Source: Octopus sinensis (lineage: Eukaryota). Taken from it: a DNA stretch of 64,000 nt. Numbering within the stretch: position 1 is the first letter of the stretch; every line of letters begins with the position of its first letter. The stretch is from the NCBI RefSeq assembly GCF_006345805.1, contig NC_043007.1, positions 58,342,001 to 58,406,000 on the forward strand. The letters are read 5' to 3'. Under the pieces are notes generated by a model. It was not told the origin of the DNA, made no database searches, and saw only the letters and a program-made list of their open reading frames with translations. Both the position numbers and the translations under genes were made by a program. This document shows, one piece after another, positions 24,476 through 38,580 of this stretch.

Positions 24476-27362
24476 CAGAAGTTAATCATTAAGAATTAAT
24501 TATTCGTCATCGCAGTACAGATCAACCTCATCTGTTCGAAGTTTATTTAGCAGGTTCAGCCGGATTTGTTCTTTTGTTTTTAGCTGTATCATTTGCACCC
24601 ATACCTATCCTAGTTTGTAATAGAGGATATCTTTTATGAACTGCCTAAATTGGTGCTACTTATAAACCGGCCCCTGAAATATAAATGTGTATTATATATA
24701 TAGATATATGTTCGTAACTAAACGGTACGGTGACTGCTGAAATACCTCTAAGCAAAGATCTTCTAGATCAGGTTTAAACATCTACTGGTAAAAACCAACT
24801 TAATTGCGTTTATGTGATAATTCATTTATGCTAGTACTTGTTTTAAATTATGTTGACAACAGTTATTGAGAATTGTGTGGGGTCCCTTATGTCAAAATTG
24901 TTTACGTTATTTATAACTTCATGTTCACTCAGTCAAATTGGTTTTCTCTATTTGTATTTATCGCCAATCCAGATACAAGACATAGTGTCCAGTTGATACA
25001 ACCTTGTATAAATTCGATCTTAGATATTTGTTGATTGTTATTTTTCACCCTTCCTTTTATATTATGTTTCTTCACGAATAGCTACTGTCGGAATCAGCTC
25101 TAATACTTCCGATAACCATTATCGATATACTACTTTATATTGTTTTTTGACGATGGTCCACAGTCCGAAATTTTCTTTCCTTTACTTTTTTTTTTTTTTT
25201 TACATTATGAAATTTATTATTTTGCACTCCTGTTTGTGTTCTTTTTCATTCTTGACGTGTTGGTACTAGTCAGTAAAGAAAGTGGCCCGAAGTTGAGATC
25301 AAATGAACATAGTAGCTGCCATGAAATTTGAAAATTAGCGTGAAATGAAAATGTAAAAAACTCTAACAAATAATGGTAAGAGTTAATTATTTACCTTGTG
25401 TATATTAAAAACACTTAAGCTTTACGTATAACTCAATAAAGATAAATCAGAGGTTATTATCCACAAATTCAGATAGAAAGACACAAAAATGCTTAATACA
25501 TTGTACACTTATTACAATATGCTGCTTAGATTAGGAATCTCGCTCTGGCATAAGTTCGAGTTGAAATTTTCATATGATTCAGTGTAAAAGACTAAGGATA
25601 GTATAATTCGAAATCAATATTTGTTATCAAAGGATTTAATCAACGTAGTTTGTTAAAACAATAGACAAAACATCCAGCTTTTGACACCAGGTTTCAGCCT
25701 TACAAGAGTTTTAAAAAATCAAATGAAACACTTTCTGAAATGCTTACGTTAAACAAATAAATATAGAGCTGAACCATAGCTCCATTGCTCGGTGTATATG
25801 TTAGTGAATATGATGCTGACCCCTTCCTAGCATCCAAGTTCTTGGTGAAGGAGATACATTATTGTAAATTATGACCTCTTTATAAATTTCCCCATCCTAT
25901 TCATTTGACAATTTGTTTTCCTTAAAGAAATTAACCACAATATCGTTGCTTAGTATGCAATGTATTCTAGTCTGTTATTCTCTGCATTAAAAACCAGCGT
26001 GTAAGTGAATATGTATCCATTTCTCAAAATGTAACAATAAACCCACATATGTTGTCAAAAATGAATAACAAATAGAACGAAACAATTTCAATACATACAA
26101 CAAAAAAACATACAATCCAGTTTAATAAATGGAGGCGTTAACTTTAGATAGAAAAAGTCTCTTGATAAAATATCGTGTAAAACGAATTCCTATCCTCACG
26201 TACATCATTATCAGAATTCCTGACATCATATAAGTTTACAACATCCATGAACACCATATTTGGATATTTTGAACATTCCAGTAATATATTTGTATATCTT
26301 TGTCTCGTTTTTCAGTTGATATTGTAAATATCAACTGAAATATAAAAGTTTATATACGGATATATATTTATACATACTCCTCTCTTTTAATATCATCTTT
26401 TACTCTCCATACAACTCCAGACATATCTATATGATCTTGGTGTCTACTGTAACATAGCTACTGTAGAATTTTTATGAAAGTTGTCGTGTGTAAACTAGCT
26501 GAAACATATTTCAAGATTTAAAATCGATGTTAACATCGAGTTATTTCGTTTATCAATTCTTTCAAATATTTTTCTATCGAAGCTTTTACTGCGTCAAATT
26601 TTTCAACAACAAAATTTATTTACATCATCAATACTTAAAGCTCAAATCCAACTAAAGTTTTCATCATTTTGAGATATTGTTGTTTGATTTCATTTTGTAT
26701 TTAATCTTATACTTCGAGGGAGAGATAAATAGTTCGGGTTTTCCATCGCTTTCGCAAATATTCAGCTGCCATAGATCAGCGTCTATATAATAGCAGTAAT
26801 CAAGATATCTTATTCTCTCTAAGAATTTCCCTGAAGACGTTTATCACGATTTCACCCATGTGATCATGGTAGCTAACAGAAGCATGGCAAGGCCGAGAAT
26901 ATATATTATATTGTTATTGTATTTATTACACATCTTCGCATAGATTTGTTGCAGTTGTTGTAATTAATGTTGTTGTTGTTGTCTTGCTGCTGTTGTTTTT
27001 CTTGTGGTTGTTCTTGTTCTTATTGTTGTTGCTGCTATTCAATAGAAGATGCTTTGTAAATCTATCAATCTTTCTTTCAATATTTATCTCTGTTCAGATA
27101 ATATTCTTTATCTTTTCTTTTATATTTCCTTTTTCCCATATTCTTTGTGTTTTTTGTTAGTTTTTCTCAGTTTTTCTGTTACTCAATGCTTCTTCATGGT
27201 TCGTATTGTATACGTGTGTACGTAATTGTATGTGTATACTAACACACATACATACATACACACACAAATATATATGCATACACAAATACATACACGTATG
27301 TATATATACATACATACGAACATACCTAAACACCATGCATATATATATGCACGTATATATAT

Positions 27363-27445
<83 letters not shown>

Positions 27446-27499
27446 GATATATACAATATTGAGGCATTGTTTTATTAAAATAAACACAACATGCAGTCA

Positions 27500-28750
27500 C
27501 AAAACACAAAAACATAAAAAAGATGTAGATTCGGTCAACGAAGATCTAACAACACAATATGAATATATTATATTGATACGCCAAAGAATAAGAGTAGCAT
27601 ACAGTTTTACAAGCAAAAGTTCTAAAAGCGATAAAACCAGTATAGAAGGGCCAGGTCAGATTTGCTGTTGTGTCAAATCAAATGGGAGCACTGGACATAG
27701 GAAATTTCTTTGAAAATGGACAGTTTGGAAATACCATGTTGTGTGAAACAGCATTCCTTTACTCAACCAATTCTTTGTAGATTTTTTTTAAATGGCGTGA
27801 GCTTCCAGTTACACTTAGAACAGCAGCTGGAAGATCCCTTTGCGATGTAACGAAAGAAATTTTCTCGTTTGAGCATGGTAAAGTTTACGGACTGACTGTG
27901 AGGGCTGATACAGTTTTGCCCCAAGAGTAACGGTTAGGGTTGTTGACATATGTATTGCAGATGATGCAGGAGCCATACCTCATTGAGAGCGCTGCGACGA
28001 AGGACACGAGACAGTGGCTGCAGGACAAAAGACACATCTTCTACAACTGTGGAAGCCAGTCACTTGGGGGTTGTTAGCCATGACGAGCTAGAGAATGGAA
28101 AGAGGATGCAAATCGATAGAGAGCAATAATCTCTAGTTTCCAGAATTCCATCGCTCATAGATTTGGATAGTGGAATCCTAATCGCACTGTCAAGCGTGCC
28201 ATCGTTGGCAGTTCTGAGTGTGGGGCAAAAAAGCTTCCTCAGAAGATAAAGATGACTAAGCTCATCCTCCCAGCTGCATTACCCCATTGTATTACGATGG
28301 GCAGATGATAGAAGAAGATCAAGAATGACAAACTACCGGAGAAAGTACTAAGGAAGAAATGAAAATGTCCCAAAAGGAGAAAAATCAACCAAAGCGAAAA
28401 GCAACCAAAAGAAATTCCAGTGACGTCCTCTCCTTTGGACAATATTATAAGATTTACAATAGTTAATAACAAAGATATAATGAATTGATTAACTGGTGTA
28501 GGTCTTAATGTGAGCTTTGAGGACGAGGTATTTATCAAAACGGCGTTTGGGAAAAAAGACGTTCCACCATTTTGATTACGGATTGTTAGTAAAATGCTCA
28601 CCAGCTTGATATGAATTTTAATCTGAGCAAACTGGCTTTTTTCTCAGTGATTCATTTCAAATGGCGTCGGTGCTTTTTTGTTCATCAAAGTTAGGTATGG
28701 TCAGCAGAGGAGAAACATGGTGGCGAGGTGGTCTGGCTAGCGGATCGTAA
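27500..28750 (-). mobile_element. Old, divergent Tx1/L1 ORF2 fragment
   Basis: Degenerate peptides are colinear with ORF2 at 8004-9300: EDVTG, QWGNAAGRMSL, RLTV, LHHLQYI, KIYKELVE. Confidence 0.5.
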
Positions 28751-29246
28751 ATGTTTTGCAAGTTTTATATTAAAACTAGCGTCTCATCAAAAATGCCGAT
28801 AGTTTTACTAATAGTATTTTGTGGCACATCAAGACAGAGAGAATCCGTTATTAAACGTCAGCAATCTCTCCTGCAAACGGCGTTAACCTGTTGACTAGAC
28901 TTATAGATACATCTATGCATGTCGATGTGCTTGTGTGTGTGCGCGTGCGTGTCACATCTAAACTAACTATGACTTAACCATCCTCTCACACCGTCTCCGA
29001 TGGAGGGATATAATTAATAAATATCCTAGAAACAGCTGTAAGACCGTCTATCTATAAATGCTCTAAGATCTACACGACCTTGGTTTTTTATCTTATTACG
29101 CAAAAAATTCTTATATACGCACGCTGACATAGAACCAACGTTGAAGCTCTTTTTCGCAAAATTAGCGAATCTGGAACTTAACTATGGTCTGTGTATAGCA
29201 CTTATTCAGCTTTACCTGACACCTTTGGGTCTCAATGACACCATCA

Positions 29247-29308
<62 letters not shown>

Positions 29309-29364
29309 TGTAGTGGATAGAATGGGAAAAAATTGAAATCAGGCAGAAAAAGATTAACTCATAC

Positions 29365-29594
29365 ATCTCTTTCTCTTTTCTCACTTTTACTTGTTTCAGT
29401 CATTTGACTGCGGCCATGCTGGAGCACCGCCTTTAGTCGAGCAAATCGACCCCGGGACTTATTCTTTGTAAGCCCAGTACTTATTCTATCGGTCTCTTTT
29501 GCCGAACCGCTAAGTGACGGGGACGTAAACACACCAGCATCGGTTGTCAAGCAATGCTAGGGGGACAAACACGGACACACAAACACACACACAC

Positions 29595-29647
<53 letters not shown>

Positions 29648-29806
29648 TACGACAGGCTTCTTTCAGTTTCCGTCTACCAAATCCACTCACAAGGCATTGG
29701 TCGGCCCGGGGCTATAGCAGAAGACACTTGCCCAAGATGCCACGCAGTGGGACTGAACCCGGAACCATGTGGTTGGTTAGCAAGCTACTTAGCACACAGC
29801 CACTAC
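29365..29806 (-). mobile_element. SINE family A (GGCGCAGGAGTGGCTGTGTGG head, internal TA/TG microsatellite)
   Basis: Box A and box B, ccttgggcaagtgtcttc core, internal microsatellite and conserved 3' half. Confidence 0.9.
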
Positions 29807-30126
29807 GGGTTTATGTAAGATAAAATAAGAATTGTCCAATCTGAAACATATAGTGATATATTAGAGATATAAAAATATATAGAAATAAAAAAAAATAGTT
29901 TTTTTATAACGCTATATATTTTTATATCTCTAATATATCAATATATATTTATGTTCGGGCAATCCTTATTGTATATTAACTAAACCACTATATGTATGTG
30001 TTAATCGTAGTCTGGCTGACTTGAACTTTTTCCCATTCTATCCACTATAATTATCTAACACCTCAGTTTTTATTTGAGCACTTCTACGCTACCTATGCGT
30101 TTTCGTAAGAAAATATAAATATATAG

Positions 30127-30200
<74 letters not shown>

Positions 30201-30238
30201 CATACATACATACATACATGCATACATACATACATACA

Positions 30239-30271
<33 letters not shown>

Positions 30272-30509
30272 GTATATATAACAAATGAAAGACAGAAGAC
30301 GGAAAATACGAGAATTTATGATTAATCACGACAATTGTTTCGACACATCTAGCATCGATTTCTCCTGGGTGGGACGCTCAACAGCTGGTTGAGGAGCTTC
30401 CGGTAGTGCAGATGTATCTCGTCGGGTGGACTGTTACACAATGTAACTTTCCGTTTTGTAGAGAGAAAAACAGCCAGACGGAGGAAAAATCTTTATATAT
30501 ATATATATA

Positions 30510-30905
30510 GGCGCAGGAGTGGCTGTGTGGTAAGTAGTTTGCTAACCAACCACATGGTTCCGGGTTCAGTCCCACTGCGTGGCATCTTGGGCAAGTGTCT
30601 TCTGCTATAGCCTCGGGCTGACCAATGCCTTGTGAGTGGATTTGGTAGACGGAAACTGAAAGAAGCTTGTCGTATATACATATATATATATGTATGTGTG
30701 TGTGTTTGTGAGTCTGTGTTTGTCCCCCTAGCATTGTTTGACAACCGATGCTGGTGTGTTTACACAAAAAAAGAGACCGATAGAATAAGTACTGGGCTGG
30801 GCTTACAAAGAATAAGTCCCGGGGTCGATTTGCTCGACTAAAAAGCGGTGCTCCAGCATGGCCGCAGTCAAATGACTGAAACAAAAGAAAGAGTAGAGAG
30901 TAAAG
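30510..30905 (+). mobile_element. SINE family A
   Basis: Same structure as 29365-29806. Confidence 0.9.
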
Positions 30906-31939
30906 AGTATATATATATATATAAATTAAATAAAGAGATACAATTGACAACCCAATAATTTATTTATATTATAACATAACATAATAAACTAGGAATATAA
31001 TATAACATAATATAAGATAACATAAACAATTATTGAAACATCAAAAAGCCAACAATTTGTTTTGATATATATATATATATCTTTATATATAAACAATTCC
31101 CTTTTATATAAGCCTCGTCAGAGTCAGTGTTTAAAGATAGACGAGATTCCGGGTGAAAGGATAGCGAGATTGTAAAAAATTTAATTCAAATGCCTATGTA
31201 TTATGAGCGTAACCTTTAACTATTCAATTACATATCAAGTGCAATTATAAAACAACAAAAAATTTTATCGGACAAAATAATTAACTAAGTGTAATCTACA
31301 TCTGTCGAAATATATTTCTATATATCTCAAGTAATATTAATCCAAACTGCGTGGCACCTTGGGCCAAACAAAGCCTTGTGAGTGGATGTGGTAGATGGAA
31401 ACTGAAAGAAGCCCGTCGTATATATATATATATGCGTGTGTGTGTCTGTCTGTCTGTGTTTGCACCCCCACTCCATCATGTGAACAATGTTTTGCAAAGA
31501 AAAGTTTCATTATTTAATTTCATGTGTGTGTGATATTGTTAAATATAATTTATAATAAAAATTTGCAGTTTTATTTTGATTAAAATACCAGCGACTTACA
31601 GCAGAATAGAGACTTCTCACTACAGTTCTCCCGCATTTAGCACTTCCTACTAGTAATCACACCCCGCTCTTTTTTTTTTTTTCATTTCCTTCTACCAGCG
31701 TGACCGACAGCTTTACTATATGTAAAATATTATCTCTTGCTTTATTTACTGAGCATTTTATATTACTTTTATTCATTTCATGTTTGTATTAAATTCAAAC
31801 AGTCCTAATCCTTCTCCTCATTAATTTTATTTAACTTTGTTTATCTAGTTTTATATGAGTTGTAACTTTTATGTAACGTTTACCGTTTGTAATGCGAGCT
31901 CTCGAGGCAAATAAAAGAAACAGTTATCACCAGCATTAT

Positions 31940-32166
31940 CAGCATCAACAGCAGCAGCAGCAACAGTAGCAGCATCTTTGACTATCGTTTCTATCTCATA
32001 TCAAGGAGTCCAGATCATGACCCTAAGGTTATACAAGGTAGATGTAACTATATTGTTGTTCTCGTTTCTGCTACTGTTGTTTTTGTTGTTGTTGTTGTTG
32101 TTGCTGTTGCTGTTTGTGGTGGTGGTGGTGGCGTCGGCGGCGGCGACAGAGGTGGCACTGCTGTTG

Positions 32167-32234
<68 letters not shown>

Positions 32235-32256
32235 ATTATTATCATCATCATCATCA

Positions 32257-32352
<96 letters not shown>

Positions 32353-33726
32353 GTATTGTTGTTATTTTATTAACACTGTCGCATCAGCGAAGATTGTGTC
32401 TTTGGATTCGACAGTACCACCTCCAAGGCAAAAACATCTGTTAATTTCCTACAAAAATGCTTTCCCTACACTGTATTAAGACTTCGTTCGGTGGAAAAAA
32501 AAATTAGGAAAGATGACTTTTTTAATATCCCTTTTTTTTTTCTGCCGGAAATGCAGACGATATTGTGTAAATAAACAAAAATCAAATAAAAGTTAAATAA
32601 AGGCATAATCTTTCATTTTGACGTATCTAATTGATCGATTTTTGCCGGTCAGTAAAGCAGTAGCCAGTTAAATCAGACACGATGTTGTGTTTCTATAATG
32701 AGCTTGGCACCATGCGTAGAGATGATGTTCAAGGACAGGATGACGAGAGGAAGGAGAGAAGTGGAGGGAGGGAGAGGGAGAGAGAGAGAGATAAGTGAGG
32801 CGGAAGGGAAGAAAAATGACGCCGATGAGGACGACGTCGAAGAAAAAAATTATGATGATGATGGTTTTGACGACGACGGTGGTGGTAGTGATGATGATGG
32901 TGTGGTGGTGGTGGCGGTGGTGGTGGTGATGACTAAGGAAATGAAGAAGTCGTACAAGATGAAGTTGATAATGGTAGCAGTAGTAATACTACTAGTAGTA
33001 GTAGTAGTTGTAGTAGTAGTAGTTGTAGTAGTAGTTGTAGTAGTAGTAGTTGTAGGAGGAGGAAGCGGAGGAGGTGCTGTTGTTTTTTATTGTGGTGGTG
33101 ATGGTGATGATGGTCGTTGTGATGGTGTTTGCGATGGTTGTTGTGATGATGGTGGTGGTGGTGGAGCAGTCATAGTGGCAGCGACATAGTGGTGGTTATG
33201 TCGATAATAGTAGTGGAACAATGACGACATGAAACACCAAGAAGTAGAGGTATAGTTTGGAGAGGAGTAAAAGTGGAGGAGGTATAGTTGGAGATAGAAG
33301 ACGAGAGAGAGGTTCATGACAAATAATATGCTTCGTAACAACGACGAGACTGCAGTGATGATGATGATGACGGTGGCGGCGGCGGTGGTGCTGGTGGTGG
33401 TGGTGGAAATGATGATGATGATGATGGTGGTGGTGGTGATGGTGGTGGTGATGTTGGTAATGGTGCTAGTGGTGATGGGGATGATGATGATGATGGCGGT
33501 GGTGGTGATGATCATGATGATGATAATGATGGTGGTGGTGGTGGCGGTAATGGTTGTAATGACGATGATGATGAGGACGATGATAACGATGATAATGATG
33601 ATGATGATGATGATGGTGATGATGAGAGGAGGAGGACGAAGATGACAAGAACGAACTTGATAACACTAACAATTACTACCACCACCATGACAACTAAAAC
33701 TTGTAGTAGTAGTAGTAGTAGTAGTA

Positions 33727-33770
<44 letters not shown>

Positions 33771-33845
33771 ACAACAGCAGCAGCTGCAGGAAGGAGAAAT
33801 GAAGAGAGTGTGAAAATTACAATTACCACTGCAAGATCTTACTAT

Positions 33846-33907
<62 letters not shown>

Positions 33908-33920
33908 ATGCTGCTGCTGC

Positions 33921-33971
<51 letters not shown>

Positions 33972-33990
33972 TGTTGATGATGACAACAAC

Positions 33991-34056
<66 letters not shown>

Positions 34057-34210
34057 GCTAGCACCACTATGCTATACTACCATCATCACCAGATCACCCA
34101 GCAACACCACCACCACTACCACCACTACCATCACTACTACCACCACCATCTAACCACCATCACCGTCACCACAACACCCAGTATCACCCCCACCACCACC
34201 ACCGCCATCA
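31940..34210. repeat. About 2.2-kb mosaic of trinucleotide repeats (ATT, GTG, GAT, GTA, CTA, AAT, CAC)
   Basis: Direct reading. Confidence 0.9.
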
Positions 34211-34763
34211 CCTCTTCTACGGAAAGTTAAGCGATGACGACACAGTGCTGAGGCAAGAGTGACATGTATGCCCGTTTGCTTGTTATTCTGTGTAAAAATC
34301 CCCGCTTACCATCAACCTTTCTGCTGATTTGAACAGCAGCACCTTGGGCCCCCTTGAGCGTGAAACGTTCCTTATTTCAGACCTTAACTTTACACTTACA
34401 GCTGACACTCTCTCAGGACCCTTTACTTCTGTTGCCTGCCTTCTGTCTGTCTGTTTGTCCAACTGTCTCTCAGTCTGTTTTTCTGCCTGTCTCTCGGCTT
34501 GTTTTATCTCTGTCTGACTGTGTCTACGAATAAATGCAAAGAGTATTTTGGCATACGTGTCTATCTGTCTATGAATATATGTATATGGGTGTGTGTGCAA
34601 GTATGAATACGTGTGTGTGTGAGTGTGAGGGTTGTATGTATGTGTGTGTGTGTGAATATCTATGTGTATATTGATAGATGGATGGATATTTGCATATACA
34701 TATATATGCTTGTGTATATACATGTATGCTTGATGTATGTACTAATGAATGTATGAATGCTTG

Positions 34764-34794
<31 letters not shown>

Positions 34795-34845
34795 CTGTGT
34801 GTGTGCGTGTGGAGATAAATAAATAAATTGATAGATAGATAGATC

Positions 34846-34950
<105 letters not shown>

Positions 34951-35608
34951 AGATAGATACACGAACAAGTATATACATACGTGTATGCATACATTTGTAC
35001 AGAGAGACATATACATACATACGTACGTACACATACACATACATACACACACATATGTGTGTGTAATTGTGTGTGTATTTGTATGTGTATATGTATGTAT
35101 ATATGAGTGTATATCTGTACAGATGTATGCATACACGTCTGTATGCATGCACCATAAATACATTGAGACGGTGAAAGATAATAGGAAAAGCACTAGAGTA
35201 CACGAATGATGTACTCAGAACACAAACTCTCATTCACATGCATGCATGTGTACGAACGCTGGCATACACACACGGACGCTATACTAAACAACTACACTAT
35301 ACTAAAGAGCCACAGCGCACTCAATCTTCTATATCTGCATAAACACCCACATGTGCACGCACACAAACATTCTTGTATTTCAGTTACTCTTCTACGCAGA
35401 TACACACAGTGACTTGCATCTAGTTCCTTCACATATATCTTTTAAGCCTAGTACTCATTCTATTGGGGTGATCTGTCGAACCGCTAAACAGACCAACACC
35501 GGTTATTAAGCGGTGATGGGGGTACAAAGAGACGATCACATACCAACAGACACACACATACATACATATATAATAATAATAATAATAATATAATAATAAT
35601 AATAATAA

Positions 35609-35647
<39 letters not shown>

Positions 35648-35760
35648 GCGACAACAAAAGAATGAGACCTCGATATTAGGTAAATAGAGGATATTTATAT
35701 ATGTATAGTTTAGTACAACCAGTAAGTTGTCATAGCAGTACTCGGAGTTTCAAACGCCAT

Positions 35761-35823
35761 TAATACCCGATGAGAATGCATCGTAGCCTTTAGCTCCGGC
35801 ATTTGAAACTCCGAGTACTATTA
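35761..35823 (+). ncRNA. Decayed type I hammerhead ribozyme
   Basis: TAATAC-CCGATGA-GAATGC..GCATTT-GAAA-CTCCGAG-T-A-CTATTA. U4 is mutated to C and the first pair of stem I is mismatched. Confidence 0.6.
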
Positions 35824-35845
35824 TGACAACTTACTGATTGTCCTA

Positions 35846-35889
<44 letters not shown>

Positions 35890-36028
35890 ATATGCATGCA
35901 TATATAGGAATGGTGTTCACCAACGGTGCAAACAACATAAAACACGTAAATAAAGGAGGGAAAGCGAGTGAAATACGAGAACAACGAGAAAAAATGGACA
36001 ACAGAACAAGTTAACACAGAGAAACGAT

Positions 36029-36089
36029 CCTTCAGCAGTTGTCGGCTGTCTATCTACTCCTCATTTCAAGCATCCAACCACAATATGAG
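36029..36089 (-). ncRNA. Candidate non-circularly permuted hammerhead (core CUGCUGA, one substitution)
   Basis: CUCA-U-A-UUGU / GCUU-GAAA-UGAG / CCGACAA-CUGCUGA-AGG. Confidence 0.5.
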
Positions 36090-36689
36090 ACTTCAAATAC
36101 AGTTGCTCCCATAAATTCTAAAATAAAATTCAGGATTTATGGAGGGTCAAAGCTGAGAACAAAAAAATGATGGTGGAGACATACAAGGAAATCGAACGAA
36201 AAAAAATATGGAGGGTCGTTAAACCAGGACGAGAGGAAAATAGTGAACGCTAAGAGAAACATTTTTTGAAGAGAAAAGATAGAAGAGAGAGAGAAAAAAG
36301 ATAGAAGGGAGAGAACAAAGCACGTCCGCTCGTTTGAACTTCCGTGCAGAAAAAGATGGTCACGTGAGGAAAAGAAAGATGGACGATGGTCAAGTGTCAG
36401 CAACGAGACAGAGTTAGATAAAAGAACGAGGAGTAAAACAGAGAGACAGACAGACATACAGATACAAAATGAACGAACGTGTTTTTCTCTCTCTAATTTC
36501 TCTTTTCAAAAAAACATTTCTCCCACCGTTCACTATTTTCCTTTCTTTCTGGTCTAACGACCCTCCATGTTTGTTTTCCTTCGGTTTCCTTGTATACTTC
36601 AACCATCATTTTCTTTTTGCTCCTAACTTTTACCCTCCATAAATCCTAAATTTTAATTTAGAATTTATGAGAGCAACTCTCTTTGAAGT

Positions 36690-36751
36690 CTCATATTGTC
36701 TTTGAATGCTCGAAATAAGGAGTAAATAGACAGCTGACAACTGATAAAGGG
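36690..36751 (+). ncRNA. Candidate non-circularly permuted hammerhead (core CUGAUAA, one substitution)
   Basis: CUCA-U-A-UUGUC / GCUC-GAAA-UAAG / GACAA-CUGAUAA-AGGG. Confidence 0.5.
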
Positions 36752-36833
36752 TCGGTTCTCTGTGTTAACTTGTCATGTTTTCCATTTTGTTTCGTTGTTC
36801 CCGTATATATATATTGTTATATTTTGGAATGGT

Positions 36834-36877
<44 letters not shown>

Positions 36878-37251
36878 AAGAAAGAGTCAAGGTAGAAAAT
36901 TCTAATATAATTTTATAAATAACATTTCAGTACCGGTTTCAGTCATTGAGACTTTTTCAACTGTAAGTATGGAAGACAATTAGATTTTAGAAAAAGTAAA
37001 AGAAAATTTTTTTTTTAAGAATATTTGCATAGTATTCAAATACAGGGGGCATTTTCCTTGTTTCTGCCTGTCTCTGTCTCTCATGTTTACTCTTGTGGAT
37101 TCAAGATCGTTGTGAATTCTTGGTAGGGAAGAAGAAGAAGAAGAAGAAGAAGAAGAAGAAGAAGAAGAAGAAGAAGAAGAAGAAAAGGAAGAAGAAGAAG
37201 AAGAAGAAGAAGAAGGAGACGGAGGAGGAGGAGGAGGAAAAGGAAGAAGAA

Positions 37252-37291
<40 letters not shown>

Positions 37292-38115
37292 GCGGGAATG
37301 CCATGATAGTAGTGTGTTAAATGTTCAAGTGCCCTGAAAGTGATCCATCGTGGATGGTAGTAGTAATTGAATTCTTGAGACCTCTTTTGAATGTTTTGTT
37401 TATAAAATATGCGTAGGTGTTTTTCTAAACAGTAATAGTGGTAAAGTTAGGAAGGAAGTGGCGGTGAGGAAGAAGACGAAGAAGAAGAAAGAGAAGGAGA
37501 ATGGAGAATAAGAAAGAATGTAGGTAGTATGATAGTAGTAGGGTCAAGTGACCTAAAAGACTCTCGTTATGGATTATAGTAGTGATTGGGACAGTTTTCT
37601 AATGAACTCTTGGGAATCTCTTGAGTGTATCATTTTTAATATTTGCGTGTGTGTTTGTATTATTCTCAGGCTGTGGTGGATATGTCGTTTGTTGTAGACG
37701 CGTTCAAAAGGGGTCTGTATTTTGTAATAAAGATAATCTCTTTACTAATTCGTTGGCTAGAGGTTCTATCGTCCTTGAATTGGTAGAGGGGAAAAATTCT
37801 GAAGCTTGGATTTTTTCTGTTGTCTTATTTTCTTTATATATACATATGTGTATATATATATATATTTATATGTATGTATGTATGTATGTATGTATATATT
37901 CATGCATACATACATACATACATACATACATACATACATACATACATACATACATACATACATGCATACATACAAACATACATACATACATACATACATA
38001 CATACATACATACATGCATGCATGCATAAATACATACATACATACATACATACATACATACATACATACATACATAATACATACATACATATAAATGCAC
38101 ATATATATATATATG

Positions 38116-38500
38116 TGGAGGCGCAATGGCCCAGTGGTTAGGGCAGCGGACTCGCGGTCATAGGATCGTGGTTTCGATTCCCAGACCGGGCGTTGTGAGT
38201 GTTTATTGAGCGAAAACACCTAAAAAGCACCACGAGGCTCCGGCAGGGGATGGTGGTGATCCCTGCTGTACTCTTTCACCACAACTTTCTCTCACTCTTA
38301 CTTCCTGTTTCTGTTGTACCTGTATTTCAAAGGGCCGGCCTTGTCACTCTCTGTGTCACGCTGAATATCCCCGAGAACTACGTTAAGGGTGCACGTGTCT
38401 GTGGAGTGCTCAGCCACTTACACGTTAATTTCACGAGCAGGCTGTTCCGTTGATTCGGATCAACCGGAACCCTCATCGTCGTAACCGACGGAGTGCTTCC
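38116..38500 (+). mobile_element. SINE family C, tail variant P
   Basis: tRNA-like head GGAGGCGCAATGGCCCAGTGGTTAGGGCAGCGGAC...GGTTTCGATTCCC. Confidence 0.9.
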
Positions 38501-38502
38501 AA

Positions 38503-38539
<37 letters not shown>

Positions 38540-38580
38540 ATATATATAATATATATATATATATATTATATATATATATA

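Larger units (their letters stand above)
35870..36810. mobile_element. Head-to-head inverted pair of putative pLTR-type repeats
   Basis: About 35975-36294 is an imperfect reverse complement of about 36487-36805. Confidence 0.7.

Noticed and set aside
31105-31125. CTGACGAGG on the minus strand as a hammerhead core
   Set aside because: No GAAA strand or stem complementarity lies nearby.
34283-34500. Unique-looking stretch read as a coding exon or enhancer
   Set aside because: The peptide has no recognisable similarity, and short transcription-factor-like motifs are expected by chance; cross-species conservation would be needed.
38116-38190. tRNA gene
   Set aside because: It has no closed cloverleaf acceptor stem and continues into a SINE body found in several copies.
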